Assembly (NCBI GenBank): GCA_951406725.2
Contig: OX597820.1
Location: forward strand, 50,406,001-50,470,000
DNA from: Octopus vulgaris
Lineage: Eukaryota
Direction of reading: 5' to 3'
DNA length: 64,000 nucleotides
The notes beneath the pieces are model-generated. The model had not been told where the DNA came from. It did no database searches and was given only the letters and a program-made list of their open reading frames with translations. Of this stretch, positions 28,535 to 43,989 are shown one piece after another; position 1 is the first letter of the stretch; each line of letters begins with the position of its first letter. The position numbers were made by a program, and so were the translations under genes.

Positions 28535-29162
28535 TATTTTTTGTACTACAGGCACAAGGCCCGAAATTTTGGGAGAGAGGGCCAATCGATTAGATCGACC
28601 CCAGTACGCAACTGGTACTTAATTTAATCGACCCTGGAAGGATGAAAGGCAAAGGCGATCTCTGTGGAATTTGAACTCAGATCGTAAAGACATACGAAAT
28701 CCATTTTTCTTTACTGCCAAGAAGGGCCTAAATACAGAGGGGACAAACAAACGTATTAAGTCGATTACATCGATCCCACTGGGTAACTGGTACTTAATTT
28801 ATCGACCCCGAAAGGATGAAAAGCAAAGTTGACCTCGGCGGAATTTGAACTCAGAACGTAACGGTAGACGAAATACGGCTACGTATTTCACACGGCCGGC
28901 GTGCTTACGTTTCTGCCAGCTCGCCGTCTTAAATTCATTGACAAATATTCTTTTCTACTCTGGGAACAAGGCCCTAAATTTGGGATGAAGGGGTAAATCG
29001 ATTAGATCGACCTCAGTACGCAACTGGTACTTAATTTATCGACCCCGAAAGGATGAAAGGCAAAGTCGACCTCGGCGGAATTTGAATTCAGAAAGTAAAG
29101 ACAGTCGAAATATTACTAAGCATGTCGCCTGGCGTGCTAACGTTTCGACCAGCTCGCCGCCT
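28535..29162 (-). mobile_element. Tandem cluster of family B tRNA-derived SINEs (about three units)
   Basis: Minus-strand head ggcggcgagctgg..., B-box-like gagttcaaattcc, and tail ggccttgtgcc...agtagaaaagaat; units near 28535, 28750 and 28945. Confidence 0.88.
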
Positions 29163-29894
29163 TACCAAGAGAAAAATGTTGCGATCAGAATTTATATCAA
29201 GACTTCACTTGACATATTCTTCAAACTCCCTTATGAACGATGAAATGAAGTAAACGTAATGTGCAATGTATATCAATCTATTATATTTCTGCATGTATTG
29301 AAATCAGTGTAGTGATGTTTATAAATTTGGGGAGAACATTGGCAACGTAAATTCGATAACACGCAAATAGCCATGCTGCCATCATTGTAAGGAAGCGAAA
29401 CATTTGTTGATAAATAGTAAATAGGTTCTGCAAAAATTCAATCTATCTTTAAATCATGCTTTGAAACAATACACTTGGAGATTGCAATAAGATAACCTCA
29501 AATACCCAGAAAACGCTTAAATCTTTCATATCCACAGAGTTCCTACGTAAGTTCATATACCTTTAAGTAATATAACGTCAATTACATTTTTAAATTTCTA
29601 TTTTTTATTCTCTATAACCATCATAAATTTATAATTGTTGTACAAATACTTCTATAAAGAAAGTTAACGAAATACAACATACATTGCTAACGTGAGAAAC
29701 ATATAATAAATCACGATATCAGACATACACTAGCCACAATTTTTAATATTCAAAAATTTCGTTGAATACTACATGATCGATGAGAATACCTGTATAAGTT
29801 TCAACCTTCATACACTTTCTAAAAATCTTGTATATATATATATATATATAAATATAGATATATGCAAAAATGTATATGTCTGTATGTATATAAT

Positions 29895-30066
29895 AGGCGC
29901 AGGAGTGGCTGTGTGGTAAGTAGCTCACTTACCAACCACATGGTTCCGGGTTCAGTCCCACTGTGTGGCACCTTGGGCAAGTGTCTTCTTTTATAGCCTC
30001 GGGTCGACCAAAGCTTTGTGAGTGGATTTGGTAGACGGAAACTGAAAGAAGCCCGTCGTATATATG

Positions 30067-30097
<31 letters not shown>

Positions 30098-30303
30098 TTG
30101 TGTGTCTGTGATTGTCCCTCCAACATCGCTTGACAACCGATGCTGGTGTGTTTACGTCGCCGTAACTTAGCGGTTCGGCAAAAAGAGACCGATAGAATAA
30201 GTACTGGGCTTACAAAGAATAAATCCCGGGGTCGAGTTGCTCGATTAAAGGCGGTCCTCCAGCATGGCCGCAGTCAAATGACTGAAACAAATAAAAGAGT
30301 AAA
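29895..30303 (+). mobile_element. SINE family A, full length
   Basis: A box tggctgtgtgg, B box ggttcagtccc, internal (TA)/(TG) tract, tail ccagcatggccgcagtcaaatgactgaaac. Confidence 0.92.
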
Positions 30304-30388
30304 GGGTATATATGTAAATATGTATATGTCTGTATGTATATAATATGTATTTGTATAAATATATGTGTGTGTGTATATATAATATATG

Positions 30389-30448
<60 letters not shown>

Positions 30449-30655
30449 CATACATATATATATGTACGAGTAATCTCATATCTATATGCAGATAAGATAA
30501 TTAATTCGATTTTCATCTATTAGCTTGCACTTATTTTGCCCACCGTTCCGCTATAATCTCTATAGTGAATCTGACGTAAATAAGATTACATTGGTTTCAA
30601 AACAAATCACGTATAATACCCATCAGATTATAAGATATATACCAATGCCGGAAGT

Positions 30656-30686
<31 letters not shown>

Positions 30687-31742
30687 GCAAACAAATACAA
30701 CATACACCACTGTAAAAGAATAGTAAGAATATTTTAATACGAAAATCAACGCAGGTTGCATGCACTCGCCCAAATGACATACGTACTGCTGTTGCCAACA
30801 AGAAAAGAATCAAAATAAACAAATACACTAATACAATAGCTCAACATTTGGCATATACATTGATATGAGTGAGCAAAATCAGTTGAAAACCTTGAGCGTT
30901 TGGAGATTTTTGCCCTTTGAAAAAGCCACTGCTTTAACGTCATATTTAGGAAGAGAAATATATGGAAAACAATCTGCAGGTGTCTGTATAGGATATTTCG
31001 GTATTATGCTATCGGAATATAAGAATATTTGTTTCAGCGCATGATTTTAGTTCAGAATATTTGAAATACAAATGTCAATACACGCGCAAGCATGTGTGTA
31101 TATGTGTATGTGTGTGTTTGTGTGTGTGTGGTGTGCGTACGCTGCTGCGTGCAAGTGATAGAAAATATGAACAACACAGAGAATAATAGCATTTGCAATG
31201 CCAACGTAGGATTACAACAGGTTTTGATGCAGTGCAGCAGTGATGACTAACTTGGCTAACAAAAGCAGATTTTGTTTTAAACCTTTTGTGCTGTAAGGAA
31301 AGCCTAATTTTGTCAAGGAAAGCAATACCGGAGATTAGGTTGCGCACAGGTTCAAAAGGCATTTTCAATACACCAGTACAAAGGAAAACTTCTCGACATA
31401 AAGGACAGCTATAATTGGTTTGGGCTGTTGGAGAAGTCTACGGATATGCGACATTTAAGGAATCATATGTTCTGCATTTGTTAGATTGTTAATATAAACA
31501 GGGAAATATATATGTGTGTGTGTTTACCTATGGAATTTGTACAACAGGGAATTTCATCGACGGGCTGTTTTCAGGCAATAGGTTTCAGCACTTAAGAGTC
31601 AACTCATATTTTGGCAAACCACAAGATATCACTCATAGATATAAGCTGTCATTGACATCTGTTCAATATACTATTTCAGTAATACACTATGCTGATGTCC
31701 AGCCATTGCTATGTATGTTAATACACACACACACACACACAT

Positions 31743-31790
<48 letters not shown>

Positions 31791-31973
31791 ATACACACAC
31801 ACTCATACACACACGCACACACATAAATGTGCGTGAGTGTGTTTATACCATCATAAATATATATGTATGGAATGAAAATGAGAGGTACATAGATAAATAG
31901 ATACATACATCGATAAACAAGCAGCAGCCCAACAGACGGATGGATAATTAGATAGAGAAACAGATAGACAGAC

Positions 31974-31984
<11 letters not shown>

Positions 31985-32007
<23 letters not shown>

Positions 32008-32625
32008 GTAGTTGTGTGAGTGTCTGTCCCCTTCGATTTAGGTTCCTAACTACTCCCACATTTTGCGGTGCAGTTTAACCAAATTCGGGTATCTCATAGT
32101 CGTGATTCATATCGAGCCCGTCTGAGTATTAGCGCGCGTCTACGATGAGTCTACGATTTTAAAAGTAATTTAACATAATTTTTTATTCCATTTTAATGCA
32201 TATTTTTTCGTGTGTCGATGGCGGCGGAGTTGGCGTCCACGCTTACACCTGCACCTGTGGGGAAGAGAGTGTAAGAAAATCAACGTCGTAATGCGTTGTC
32301 AAGGAGACCAGCGTTCTTTTAGAACAACGACTTCATGGCTTGAAGACACCAAAACAGAAATGGCTAAGAAAGCGTCTACATGAGTCTACGATTTAAAAAA
32401 AAATTTACCATCATTTTTTCCATTTTAATGCATTTTTTCGCTATTATATAAGGAAAGTAACTCTCTAAAAATGTCTACGATGAGTCAACGATTTAAAAAA
32501 AAATTACTATTATTTTTTATTCCATTTTTAATGCATTTTTTGCTATTGTTTTGCTATAACTCTCTAAAAATGCTTATATAGTTATTTCCCTTACAAACCC
32601 GAGCAACGCCGGGCGATACTGCTAG
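31985..32625 (+). mobile_element. Non-autonomous Helitron
   Basis: 3' end has GC hairpin cccgagcaacgccggg (32598-32613), then CTAG (32622-32625) followed by T. Three internal ~70-bp repeats (gtctacgatgagtctacgatttaaaa...cattttaatgcattttt). The 5' end lies in (TA)n and is approximate. Confidence 0.8.
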
Positions 32626-32708
32626 TATATATATATATATATAGATATAGATAGATAGATATATAGATAGATAAATAGACAGATAGATAGATAAATAGAT
32701 AGACAGAC

Positions 32709-32800
<92 letters not shown>
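32626..32800. repeat. (GATA)n microsatellite
   Basis: Directly visible. Confidence 0.95.
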
Positions 32801-32801
<1 letters not shown>

Positions 32802-33019
32802 CAACTGTACACGAACATATTTAAAAGTTTGACATGATAACAGGTGTGATTGAAATTATGTTCAGCTATTCATCTTTGAATCTTTTATTTGATATCTTCT
32901 ACTTGTTTCAGTCATTAGACTATGACCATGCTGTGGTTCTACCTTGACGAATCCTCAGTTACCTGACTGAAACATGTGAAAGAATAAAAGAGTCAAAGTA
33001 TACACACACAAGTATACAA

Positions 33020-36000
33020 TACACAAGACCGCCACAGCAAATAGAACCAAGGTGGACACCGCCGGCAACAGAATACACCTCACATCGATGCTCCTACTGA
33101 ACATCAGAGGACTGCTAACACTCAGTAATAGGACAAAGATCCCGTTCTTGAGAGACTTTGTTGCATGTAATCAAGCCTTATGCATAGCACTTACGGAAAC
33201 ACACCTGAAACTGGACATAGCAGATGCGGAAATACACATACCACAGTATGTTGTACTACGGACCGACAGAAAAGAAAGGAGTCATGGAGGAGTTGCTATG
33301 TACATCCGTGAGGTCCTTTTGTCATACTCAAATTCGGTGTGTGACACACTAATTGTACATATAAGGCAACTTGGTGTAGTTATATGTGCTACATATCGCC
33401 CTCCAGATACCCCAAACCATGTAGGCAAGTTTGAAGACTGCCTTATAAAAATAGAAGTTCTAGTCACATTAGAACAACACATAAGTGTACTTCATATGGG
33501 AGACTTCAATCTACCCAATGTCAGATGGCCCGAGGGCCTTTCTCTCCCAGGAATGACACGATGTGAACGAGGACAGGCGAGGTCCCTCCTGAACCTCATC
33601 AACACTCTGTACATGAAGCAAGTAATACTCCAACCAATCAGGGCAGGTAACATACTGGATCTCTGCTTCACAAATAATATGGATCTTATCCATAATGTGA
33701 AAGTGACACCGACACTACTCTCGGATCACAACATAGTAGAGCTGACCATGTACGGGCCAAAGGAAAGCATGGACATGCAGCCTACAAGAAACTCTCAGAA
33801 TCTTTCCAGCTTGAACTTCCATAAGGCAAACTGGAAACAAATTGAGAAAGAGATCCTCAAACAAAACTGGCCTGAATGTCTATCCTTGCCAGACATCGAC
33901 ATGAAACTTCAACAATTCATGTCTGTAATGCAAGCTATATGCTACAAATGTGTCCCAGAGTGAAAGGCCACTGTACACAAGAGCAAAATCCCCAGAGAGA
34001 GGAAAATTCTAATGAGACGGCGTACAAAAGTTTCAAATCGCCTAAACAAACAAATTGAAAGCAGTGAAAAGTCCCGCCTGAAAATAAAACTGTTGGAAAT
34101 TGAAAAATGTCTGCAACTCTCCCATGAAAAAGAAAGAGCAGACAAAGAAACCTGGGCTATAGACAGCATAAAATCTAACCCCAGAGCTTTTTACAGGTAT
34201 GCCAAAGAAACAGCTACGGTACACTGTAGGATAGGGCCACTCCTTGAAAAGGATGGCACACTCACAGGAAATCCAATGAGGGTAAGTGAAATACGAAATG
34301 AGCAATTCAAGAGTATTTTCACGCCACCCCTAGGGCATTTTCAAGTCAGCAATCCAACTGACTTCTTTACCACTGCAGATATAAAATCGGAGGCAGCAAT
34401 GATTGATTACATCAATATAAAGGAAGACGATGTAATAAAGGCTATTGATGAAATGAAAACAAACTCAGCTACTGGCCCAGATGGATTCCCAGCAATCCTT
34501 CTAAAAGTATGTAAGAGAGTCCTAGCAAGACCACTGCAGTTCCTCTTTCAGAGCTTCCTTGCAACTGGCAAACTTCCAAGAAAACTGAAGGAAGGTAAAA
34601 TATGCCCTATTCATAAAGGAGGTAGCAGAGCGGAGGCCAAGGACTACAGACCTATCTCTCTGACCTCACACATCAGCAAGGTCATGGAACGAATAGTCAG
34701 AAGGAAACTAATCACCTTCCTTGAAGAAAATGACTTGCTGCCTGTCACCCAACATGTTTTCCGACCTGGAAGAAGCTGCTTAACTCAGCTCCTACAACAC
34801 TATGACTGGGTGCTGAAACGACTGCTCAACCACTCAAATGTGGAAGTCATATATCTCGACTTCGCAAAGGCCTTTGATAAAGTCGATCATGGAATGCTAT
34901 GGCACAAACTGCGTGATCTTGGCATAGTTGGAAAATTGGGAGAGTGGCTTCATGACTTTCTGAAGGATAGAAGTCCAATAACACGCAAATAGTGAGCGGT
35001 GTTCCGCAGGGCACTGTTTTGGGACCACTACTGTTCATAATGGCCCTCTCAGACATGCCCTCAGCCACACAGAGAGCCACGATCACAAGTTATGCAGATG
35101 ATACAAAAGTTTCACAGGCAATACAGAACTCTGAAGACACTAAGCACCTGCAATGTGAGCTGGACAAAATATACAAGTGGGCTGAAAAGAATAGCATGCA
35201 GTTCAATGCTGAAAAGTTTCAAGCTCTATCCTATCAGCACGCAAAACTAAATGCAATACCCAATAAATACACTGGACCTGGAGGGACTGCAATCCCAGAG
35301 GCACAATCAGAGCGAGACCTGGGTATTTACATGAGTGATGATGCAACCTTTCATGTGCTAAATTTGCAATGAAATGTAGGCGGCTGACCGGATGGATTCT
35401 TAGAACCTTCAGAACAAGAGACCAGGAAACCATGATGGTCCTCTGGAGGACACTTGCCCTAAGCCACTTTGACTATTGCTCTCAGTTATGGTCACCATCC
35501 CGTGTCAAGTTAATCACAGAACTTGAGGCGATCCTACGAAGCTACACGAAGATAGACTCTGTGCAGCATATAAGCTATTGGGAAAGACTCAAGAGATTGA
35601 GACTCTATTCCTTAGAGCGTAGGCGAGAAAGATATGCCATAATATATATCTGGAAGATCCAAGAAGGACTTATCCCAAACTTTGGCATCGACAGTTACTC
35701 AAATGCAGAACTGGGCGCCACTGCATAGTGACAAGGACTCCAAATTTGCCATCAAGATGTAGGACAAGATACTGTGATAGCCTGGGCTTCCGAGGCCCAC
35801 AGCTCTTCAATATCCTCCCGAAGGACCTAAGAGACCTGCATGGGGTGGATGCAGATGTCTTTAAAATGAAACTGGATCTCTTCTTGTCAGGTATCCTAGA
35901 TGAACCAACTTCACGGCAGGAGGTGCAGATGAGGGCAGCTGCATCGAACTCTCTCATGCACCAAATGGCAATTGCTAAAAAGCATTCGTGAAGTAAAATC

Positions 36001-36085
36001 ATGTAGCAACACCAAATGGAGGTGCCCCAGCAGGGCCACAGCTTGTGAGCTGAAACTAGATAAATAAAAAAAAACAAAAAAAACA
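33020..36085 (+). mobile_element. CR1/L2-group LINE, 5'-truncated (ORF2 plus 3' UTR and A-rich tail)
   Basis: Complete ORF2 domain order, 3' UTR stem-loop, then ataaataaaaaaaaacaaaaaaaa. Confidence 0.93.
33052..35991 (+). pseudogene. Disrupted LINE ORF2: apurinic-like endonuclease + reverse transcriptase
   Basis: APE motifs NIRGL, LTETHL, GGVAMY, YRPP, GDFNLP, LDLCF, SDH. RT motifs GPDG, YRPISLTS, YLDFAKAFDKVDH, GVPQGTVLGPLLF, YADD. In-frame TGA at 33961; frameshifts near 34990, 35370 and 35728. Confidence 0.93.
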
Positions 36086-36439
36086 CCCACACATGATATA
36101 TATATATATATATATATAATCAGATAGATAGATATATTGATAGATTGAGCATTTGCCGGATTTCTTAGAATACCAAGAGCAGCGATCTAATTGTGGACGA
36201 TGCGTAAACGAAGCCTTCCAAATATTAATAATTAATTAACCGCAATTAGTAAATAAACAAAAGTAAGCTTTTTCCTCATGTTGTCATTATTTCTATCATA
36301 CCTTTAAATTCTTCCATCGATCCAAATGCAAATGAAATCAACAATGGTGTTAATGAGGATGTTACCAAAGGTGAAAGCCTATCGCCCTGCTTGTTTCCTG
36401 TGTTTGAGCTGCACAGGTCTGGTAGTCACCAAGAGACTA

Positions 36440-37285
36440 CTTATACATAAAGGCAAAGAAGAAGTTGGAGTAAGATGGCAAACCGAAAGGTAATTGAGTG
36501 TAATATCAGAAATGAACACACTTGAAGGGGATTCCGACAACGCATGAAAACAAAATGGAATGAAATAGGAATCTTCGAATTGATCAGGTAAAAGCAGTAA
36601 GAAGAGAAGAGTGGTTAACAGGCATGTAAACTGAAGAGATGAAAGTAGAAAATAATAACAACACTTCATCAGCAGATAACATACACAGCGAGGACAGATA
36701 AATAAATGGTAGCATTGAAGACGTTGTGCAAAGTGTACATAGAAATGCACTCTCAGCAAATGCAGCAGCAGTAATGGGAAGAGCTATATCAGAAGAATAC
36801 GATGATGATCAACAAGACATAATGAAGATGATATGCCGATGTATTAGAAAAAGCCAGGATCGAGTGACCAACAATCTGAGGCCCATTCATCGATACAAGC
36901 TCTAAGTTGAAACCGTAAGGATAGAATCTGTCCTTGGACTATTCCAGATGGGAAATATAACTGGCATTAACAAGATTATTTGGTCTGCAGTTATGGTTTC
37001 TGAAAGGTAGAGTTCGATACACAAGAAGAGAACAAACAGATCGTAAAGAACCACACTGGCGCAGACGAATTGGTGAGAAACAAACATAAATAATTAGACA
37101 TTTAGGACAAATTAATAAACCGAGAAGTGGGGAATTGCAGATTGAAAACACAAGAATAACTAGAAAGGACATATAGATTAAGAGATAAAAGGTATCATGT
37201 GCTCTTTGTATAATCGAAACAAAGTGTAGTAGCAATCAAAGCAAAGTGGCAAAGATATGACAATAGAAAAAAAGAATTCAGGCAA
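36440..37285 (+). mobile_element. Degraded Dong/R4-like LINE 5' ORF fragment
   Basis: Nucleotide homology to 410-680 (gaaggggattccga.aacgcatgaaa.caaaatggaatgaaa.agga...aacacttca.cagcagata). Confidence 0.65.
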
Positions 37286-37367
37286 ATAAGTCCTGGGGTT
37301 ATTTTGTTCAAACAAAGGCGATGCATCAGCGTGGCCGCAATCAAATGACTGAACATTGTATTATTTT

Positions 37368-37646
37368 ATTCTTTTATTTGTTTCAGACATTTCACTGCGG
37401 CTACGACAGAGCACCGCCTTAAGTCGAGCAAACCGACCCCACGACTAGTTGTTTGTAAACCTAGTATTTATGCAATCTCTGTTTGCCGAAGTTACGGGGA
37501 CGTAAACACACCAGCAGCGGTTGTCAAATGATGTTGGCGGGACAAATATTTATATGACGGGCTTGTTTCAGGTTCCGTCTACCAAATGCACTCACATGGC
37601 GTTGGTCGGTCCGTCACTATAGTAGAAGTCACCTGTCCAAGGTGGC
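37368..37646 (-). mobile_element. SINE family A, degraded
   Basis: Matches the family A reverse complement (gttacggggacgtaaacacaccagc...ccgtctaccaaat). A + strand tail fragment at 37285-37355 sits tail-to-tail with it. Confidence 0.75.
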
Positions 37647-37682
<36 letters not shown>

Positions 37683-37751
37683 GCACACATAGGCAAACAT
37701 ATACATATATACTTCTATGTATGAGTGTGTGCCTATGTAATTTTGTGTGTG

Positions 37752-39401
<1,650 letters not shown>

Positions 39402-39685
39402 GATATATATATATATATATATACATTCGGAAGCATAAAATATCAGTGTTGAATGCAAAAATATTTCAGGTCTACATGAAATACAATGTACATAATCAAA
39501 TCCGTCTATATAATGTAGGAAAATAAACTTATTAAACAATTTAGTGCATACGTACATAGTTACTATGCATACATTTATGCGTACATGTAAACATATGCAC
39601 ATACTAGCAAATATCCGTACTCCTATGTGTGCATACCTATATATATATATACATATATATATATACATATATGTATATATATAAA

Positions 39686-39750
<65 letters not shown>

Positions 39751-40878
39751 TGTTATCTGTCTATCTTCTATTTCCCTGTCTATCTTCTAGTTATAGACAT
39801 ACATAACCTCACGCTCATTGTGTTCAACGATTTGTTGATGACCTGTACCCATATATGCATGTATATATACATATATATGTAGGTATGCACTTATATGTAT
39901 GTATATATGCATATATTTATATATTATTTATATTATATATATATATAAAGAGAGACAGATAGATGTATAAAGGGAAGAAGAGAAGGACGGAAGGAAAAAA
40001 AACGGAAGAAGGTACTGAGAAAGCTAGAGAGATACGTAAAATGAAAAATTATGGATATACGTCATAGAAATTGAAGGGGTATGTGTGTATATATATAACT
40101 AACATTAATTTGTTGTTATGTATATATATATAGAGGTCAGATACATAAATACATACATACATACATATACACATACATACATACAAACAAACTTATAACT
40201 TTATCATACCAGAAACAATATATGAACACACCTAGTGAAATCTTCCAGCGACACACAGACAGGCATATGTGTATGTATATGCATATATATATATATATAT
40301 ACGTACATATACTTGTGTGAGTTTGTGTATGTGTGTGTATCTGTGTGTGTGCATAAACAAATTGTCGGCAAATGTTATTTTCAAGATATATTTAAAATGA
40401 AACCTGAATTGAAGTTATTTAAGAGATAGTAATATTCGTGATTTATATAAATTAATTTTTGCCTTGAGATGAAATTTCAATTAAAAATCGAAAATTTACA
40501 TAAATTGGTTACCACTCTCCCTCGTATACCCAAGAAAAAAAGAATAATAAAAATAAATCGAAACATTATCAAAATACCGTATATTTCATTTTATTAAAAC
40601 TTGGGAAAAAATTATTGAAATTATTTCGTAAAATACGACTATAATTATAGTATGTGGTAAAGTGATCTTCATACATACATATATACACACACAAACATAT
40701 ATATATAGAGAGAGAGATGGAGAAGAGAGAGGACGAAAGTAAGAAAGATAATTTGCACAATACATTCATACGAATCTATACACCCATACGGACATATATA
40801 TATATATCCGTGAAGGAGAAAATCACACGGTAATATAAAGTGGTTGGAAACGAAGATGGTTATACAACGTTCGAGTGA

Positions 40879-40931
<53 letters not shown>

Positions 40932-41470
40932 TATAGCGGTACACGCACACGTAATATTTGTTCTGAAGCAACATAGTCATAATTTTCAAACGTTCACGAA
41001 AGTAATTTTGCCCTGTTTAGTTTTGATTTCATCCTTATGGACCAGCCCTTGCTTAGGCAATTCATTCAGCATTTAATGTCATTTCCTGTATTATGTCTAT
41101 GTGTTATGCGCTATCACCTATTTGCTTTACTATCATTTCAATCAACGTGATATCTCTGCTTGGTGCATCCAAAATTTTTGGTGGTTACACTGTTTTGGTT
41201 ATATCGTTTTGGGAATAGCTTAGCAGTTTTCTTACCGACAAACCTATCTAGATGTCGGTAAAAGGCGGCATGGTCCACAAGCTATGCTTTATTAAGTGAG
41301 GTGTAGAATCTTGTAACCTAAAATTGTTAGTGTATCGGTTCCATACGTGAGTGTGAGACTAAGATCTTTAAGATGACGAATGAAATGTTCTCAGAGATTT
41401 TGGAGAATGAGATCCACACACAGTCACATACATGCATATATATATATGTATGCACGTACCCATACATACC

Positions 41471-41502
<32 letters not shown>

Positions 41503-42148
41503 AAGAAATGATGTACTCAGAATTCTGGATGGTTTTATATTTATTAGTATGTTACATGTTTTTATAAATCATATATCATAATAGCGCTTTCATCCACTCT
41601 AGTGGAGTTGTCGAATTGAACTTTTGCAGGAATTTTGTCTCATTTTATAGTATTATTGAGTGTGTAGGGTTGGAGAGAGATATAAGAGAGTACAAGAGGG
41701 TGAGGAATGGGGAGAAAGTGATATATATATATATATCCATATCCCGACCATCTATTTTTCGTAATATATCAGATTTTACATCATTTCACATCTATATCTC
41801 TATCTATCTACATGTATATATATATATACATACGTTACACGCACAAGTACAGACAAACACATATATGTGTGTGCGTATGTGTGTATGTGTGTATCTATTT
41901 ATGTATGCAAACACACACACTTATATGCATGTACATGGTAATATTTTGATATATTCCTAGGTTTCACACTAATAGATTAAGAACAGTCTTCTAACCAATT
42001 TCCAAATTTCCGTCATTGAAATTTGTACACGAACATGATAGTTGTTTATAAGTGTACCTATAGATGCAACTATTTCCAGGAATACACGTCCCATTAATTG
42101 TTCCACAACTACAATTTATCTTATGAGTAGCTGCGGACTCTTCATCTT

Positions 42149-42239
42149 AATGTTATCCTTCCAATGGCTCACTTTTTGTATTATCTTGGCCAGGACATCA
42201 TGTGTAATTGGTAGATAATATTACAATGAACTATATAGC

Positions 42240-42295
<56 letters not shown>

Positions 42296-42601
42296 CAGCT
42301 ACCACATAGCCATATCATACATGCATCAATGAGTTTTGCTATATGCATCTTAATATAATGAAAGGGAAAACACAATACTTTTGAAAATTTAATCAACATA
42401 AGTCATGACTGCTATAAACTCGCACCGACACTTTCTTCAAGTTTCTCGTTCATATTCCAGTTTTACATACCACTTTGCATTTCAAGATCTTTGACTATAT
42501 AATTGTGTTCATTGTCACGTAGTCTGAATGTTATCCTTCAAACGGATCACATTTTACAGTTTCTTTGCCACGTCATCATGTCTCATGGGTAGATAATAAC
42601 G

Positions 42602-42650
<49 letters not shown>

Positions 42651-42833
42651 AGGATAAGAAAAATCAACGAAAATGCACATTGTAAAAAAACAAAAACGAA
42701 AAGGCTGTTTATGAAAGGGTTTCATAGAAAGCATTTTCTTGTTTTTATTTAAAATGTGCATTTTCGTTGATTTTTCTTACTTTCCCCTTACATTTCTACG
42801 TGTATTTTATATTTTCTTTTTCTAACATATTTC

Positions 42834-42894
<61 letters not shown>

Positions 42895-43098
42895 GCCAAA
42901 TCATGCCTACCTACAACAGTGTTTTACTATTTACGTTTTACTCTGGTAAAATGGAAGCACATAATATTTTTTTATAATTAATGTGCATAAGTCATGACCG
43001 TTGTAGACTTGCACTAACTCATTCATAAAGTTTCTGTATTATATTCCAGTTTTACATACTACGTTATGTTTCAAGATATTATAGTCTTCATTGTCACT
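42149..43098. repeat. Old tandem duplication of a ~380-bp unit (42149-42526 / 42527-43098)
   Basis: Shared anchors aatgttatccttc, ggtagataata, catagcca.atcat, cataagtcatgac, atattccagttttacatac, ttcattgtcac. The second unit carries an insertion in its (TA)n. Confidence 0.8.
42648..42836. mobile_element. Small foldback insertion in (TA)n
   Basis: Perfect 27-bp inverted arms taagaaaaatcaacgaaaatgcacatt (42655-42681) / 42753-42779. Absent from the paralogous first unit. Confidence 0.7.
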
Positions 43099-43797
43099 AA
43101 AAATCACTTACCAAGTTATTTTCTCATATCTATGATTTTATCTTGACTGTGGTTTACAATGTAAAAAGAAAATATTTCTCTTTGTGAAATGTTTCATTCA
43201 GATCCTCGAATCATCGAAGAATCGGTAAATGACGTTAAATTGATGAGTATCTTGCATATCAATGAATGGTTACGTTTTGACCTGGGTAATTAATCTTTGT
43301 CAACTACAATTCTGCGATCATCCTGTGAATTGTGTCCAGCTGAGTTCCAACCGTAAAGCTAATTAGCTTCCTTCAAAATACAAAAAAAAAAACACAGAAA
43401 AAAAAAACAATTCAAAGGCTTATTGAACATACACTTATAATGTTGACAATCGGGCAAGTCTTTCATGGACATTTGTTATTGTTATGTTCAGTCAGTGTTA
43501 TAATACAAACGGATTTCATATTCAAATTCCTAGAAAGCAGTGAAAGAAGATAATAAACCTCATCTATATAAAGCGGTAATTTATGCATAAAAAGTATTTC
43601 TATAAGTTTTTTTGTATGTCCAATACAAAATAAACGTAACAGAATTCAGCTGTTTTGGATTCAAGCACACACTTGCACACAAACATATATAAACTGGTAT
43701 ATAGTTACAACACATTAACTCACATCTCCTGACGATATGTGAGTTTGTATATGTGTGTATGTGTATGTATATGCATATAAGTGCGCTCATGTATATG

Positions 43798-43841
<44 letters not shown>

Positions 43842-43989
43842 TGTGTGTGTACGAGTGCGTATGCTTGTGTGTTTGTGCAAGTGTGCGCATGTGTGTATGT
43901 GTGTATGAGTGTGTGTGTGTATATGTGTACGTAACAATTATTTTTGACAGAAGTACTATTACTAGCGAAAGGCGAATTTTATATCCAAC

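Noticed and set aside
28535-29162. CRISPR-like repeat array
   Set aside because: Long degenerate SINE units in a eukaryotic context; no repeat-spacer periodicity and no cas genes.
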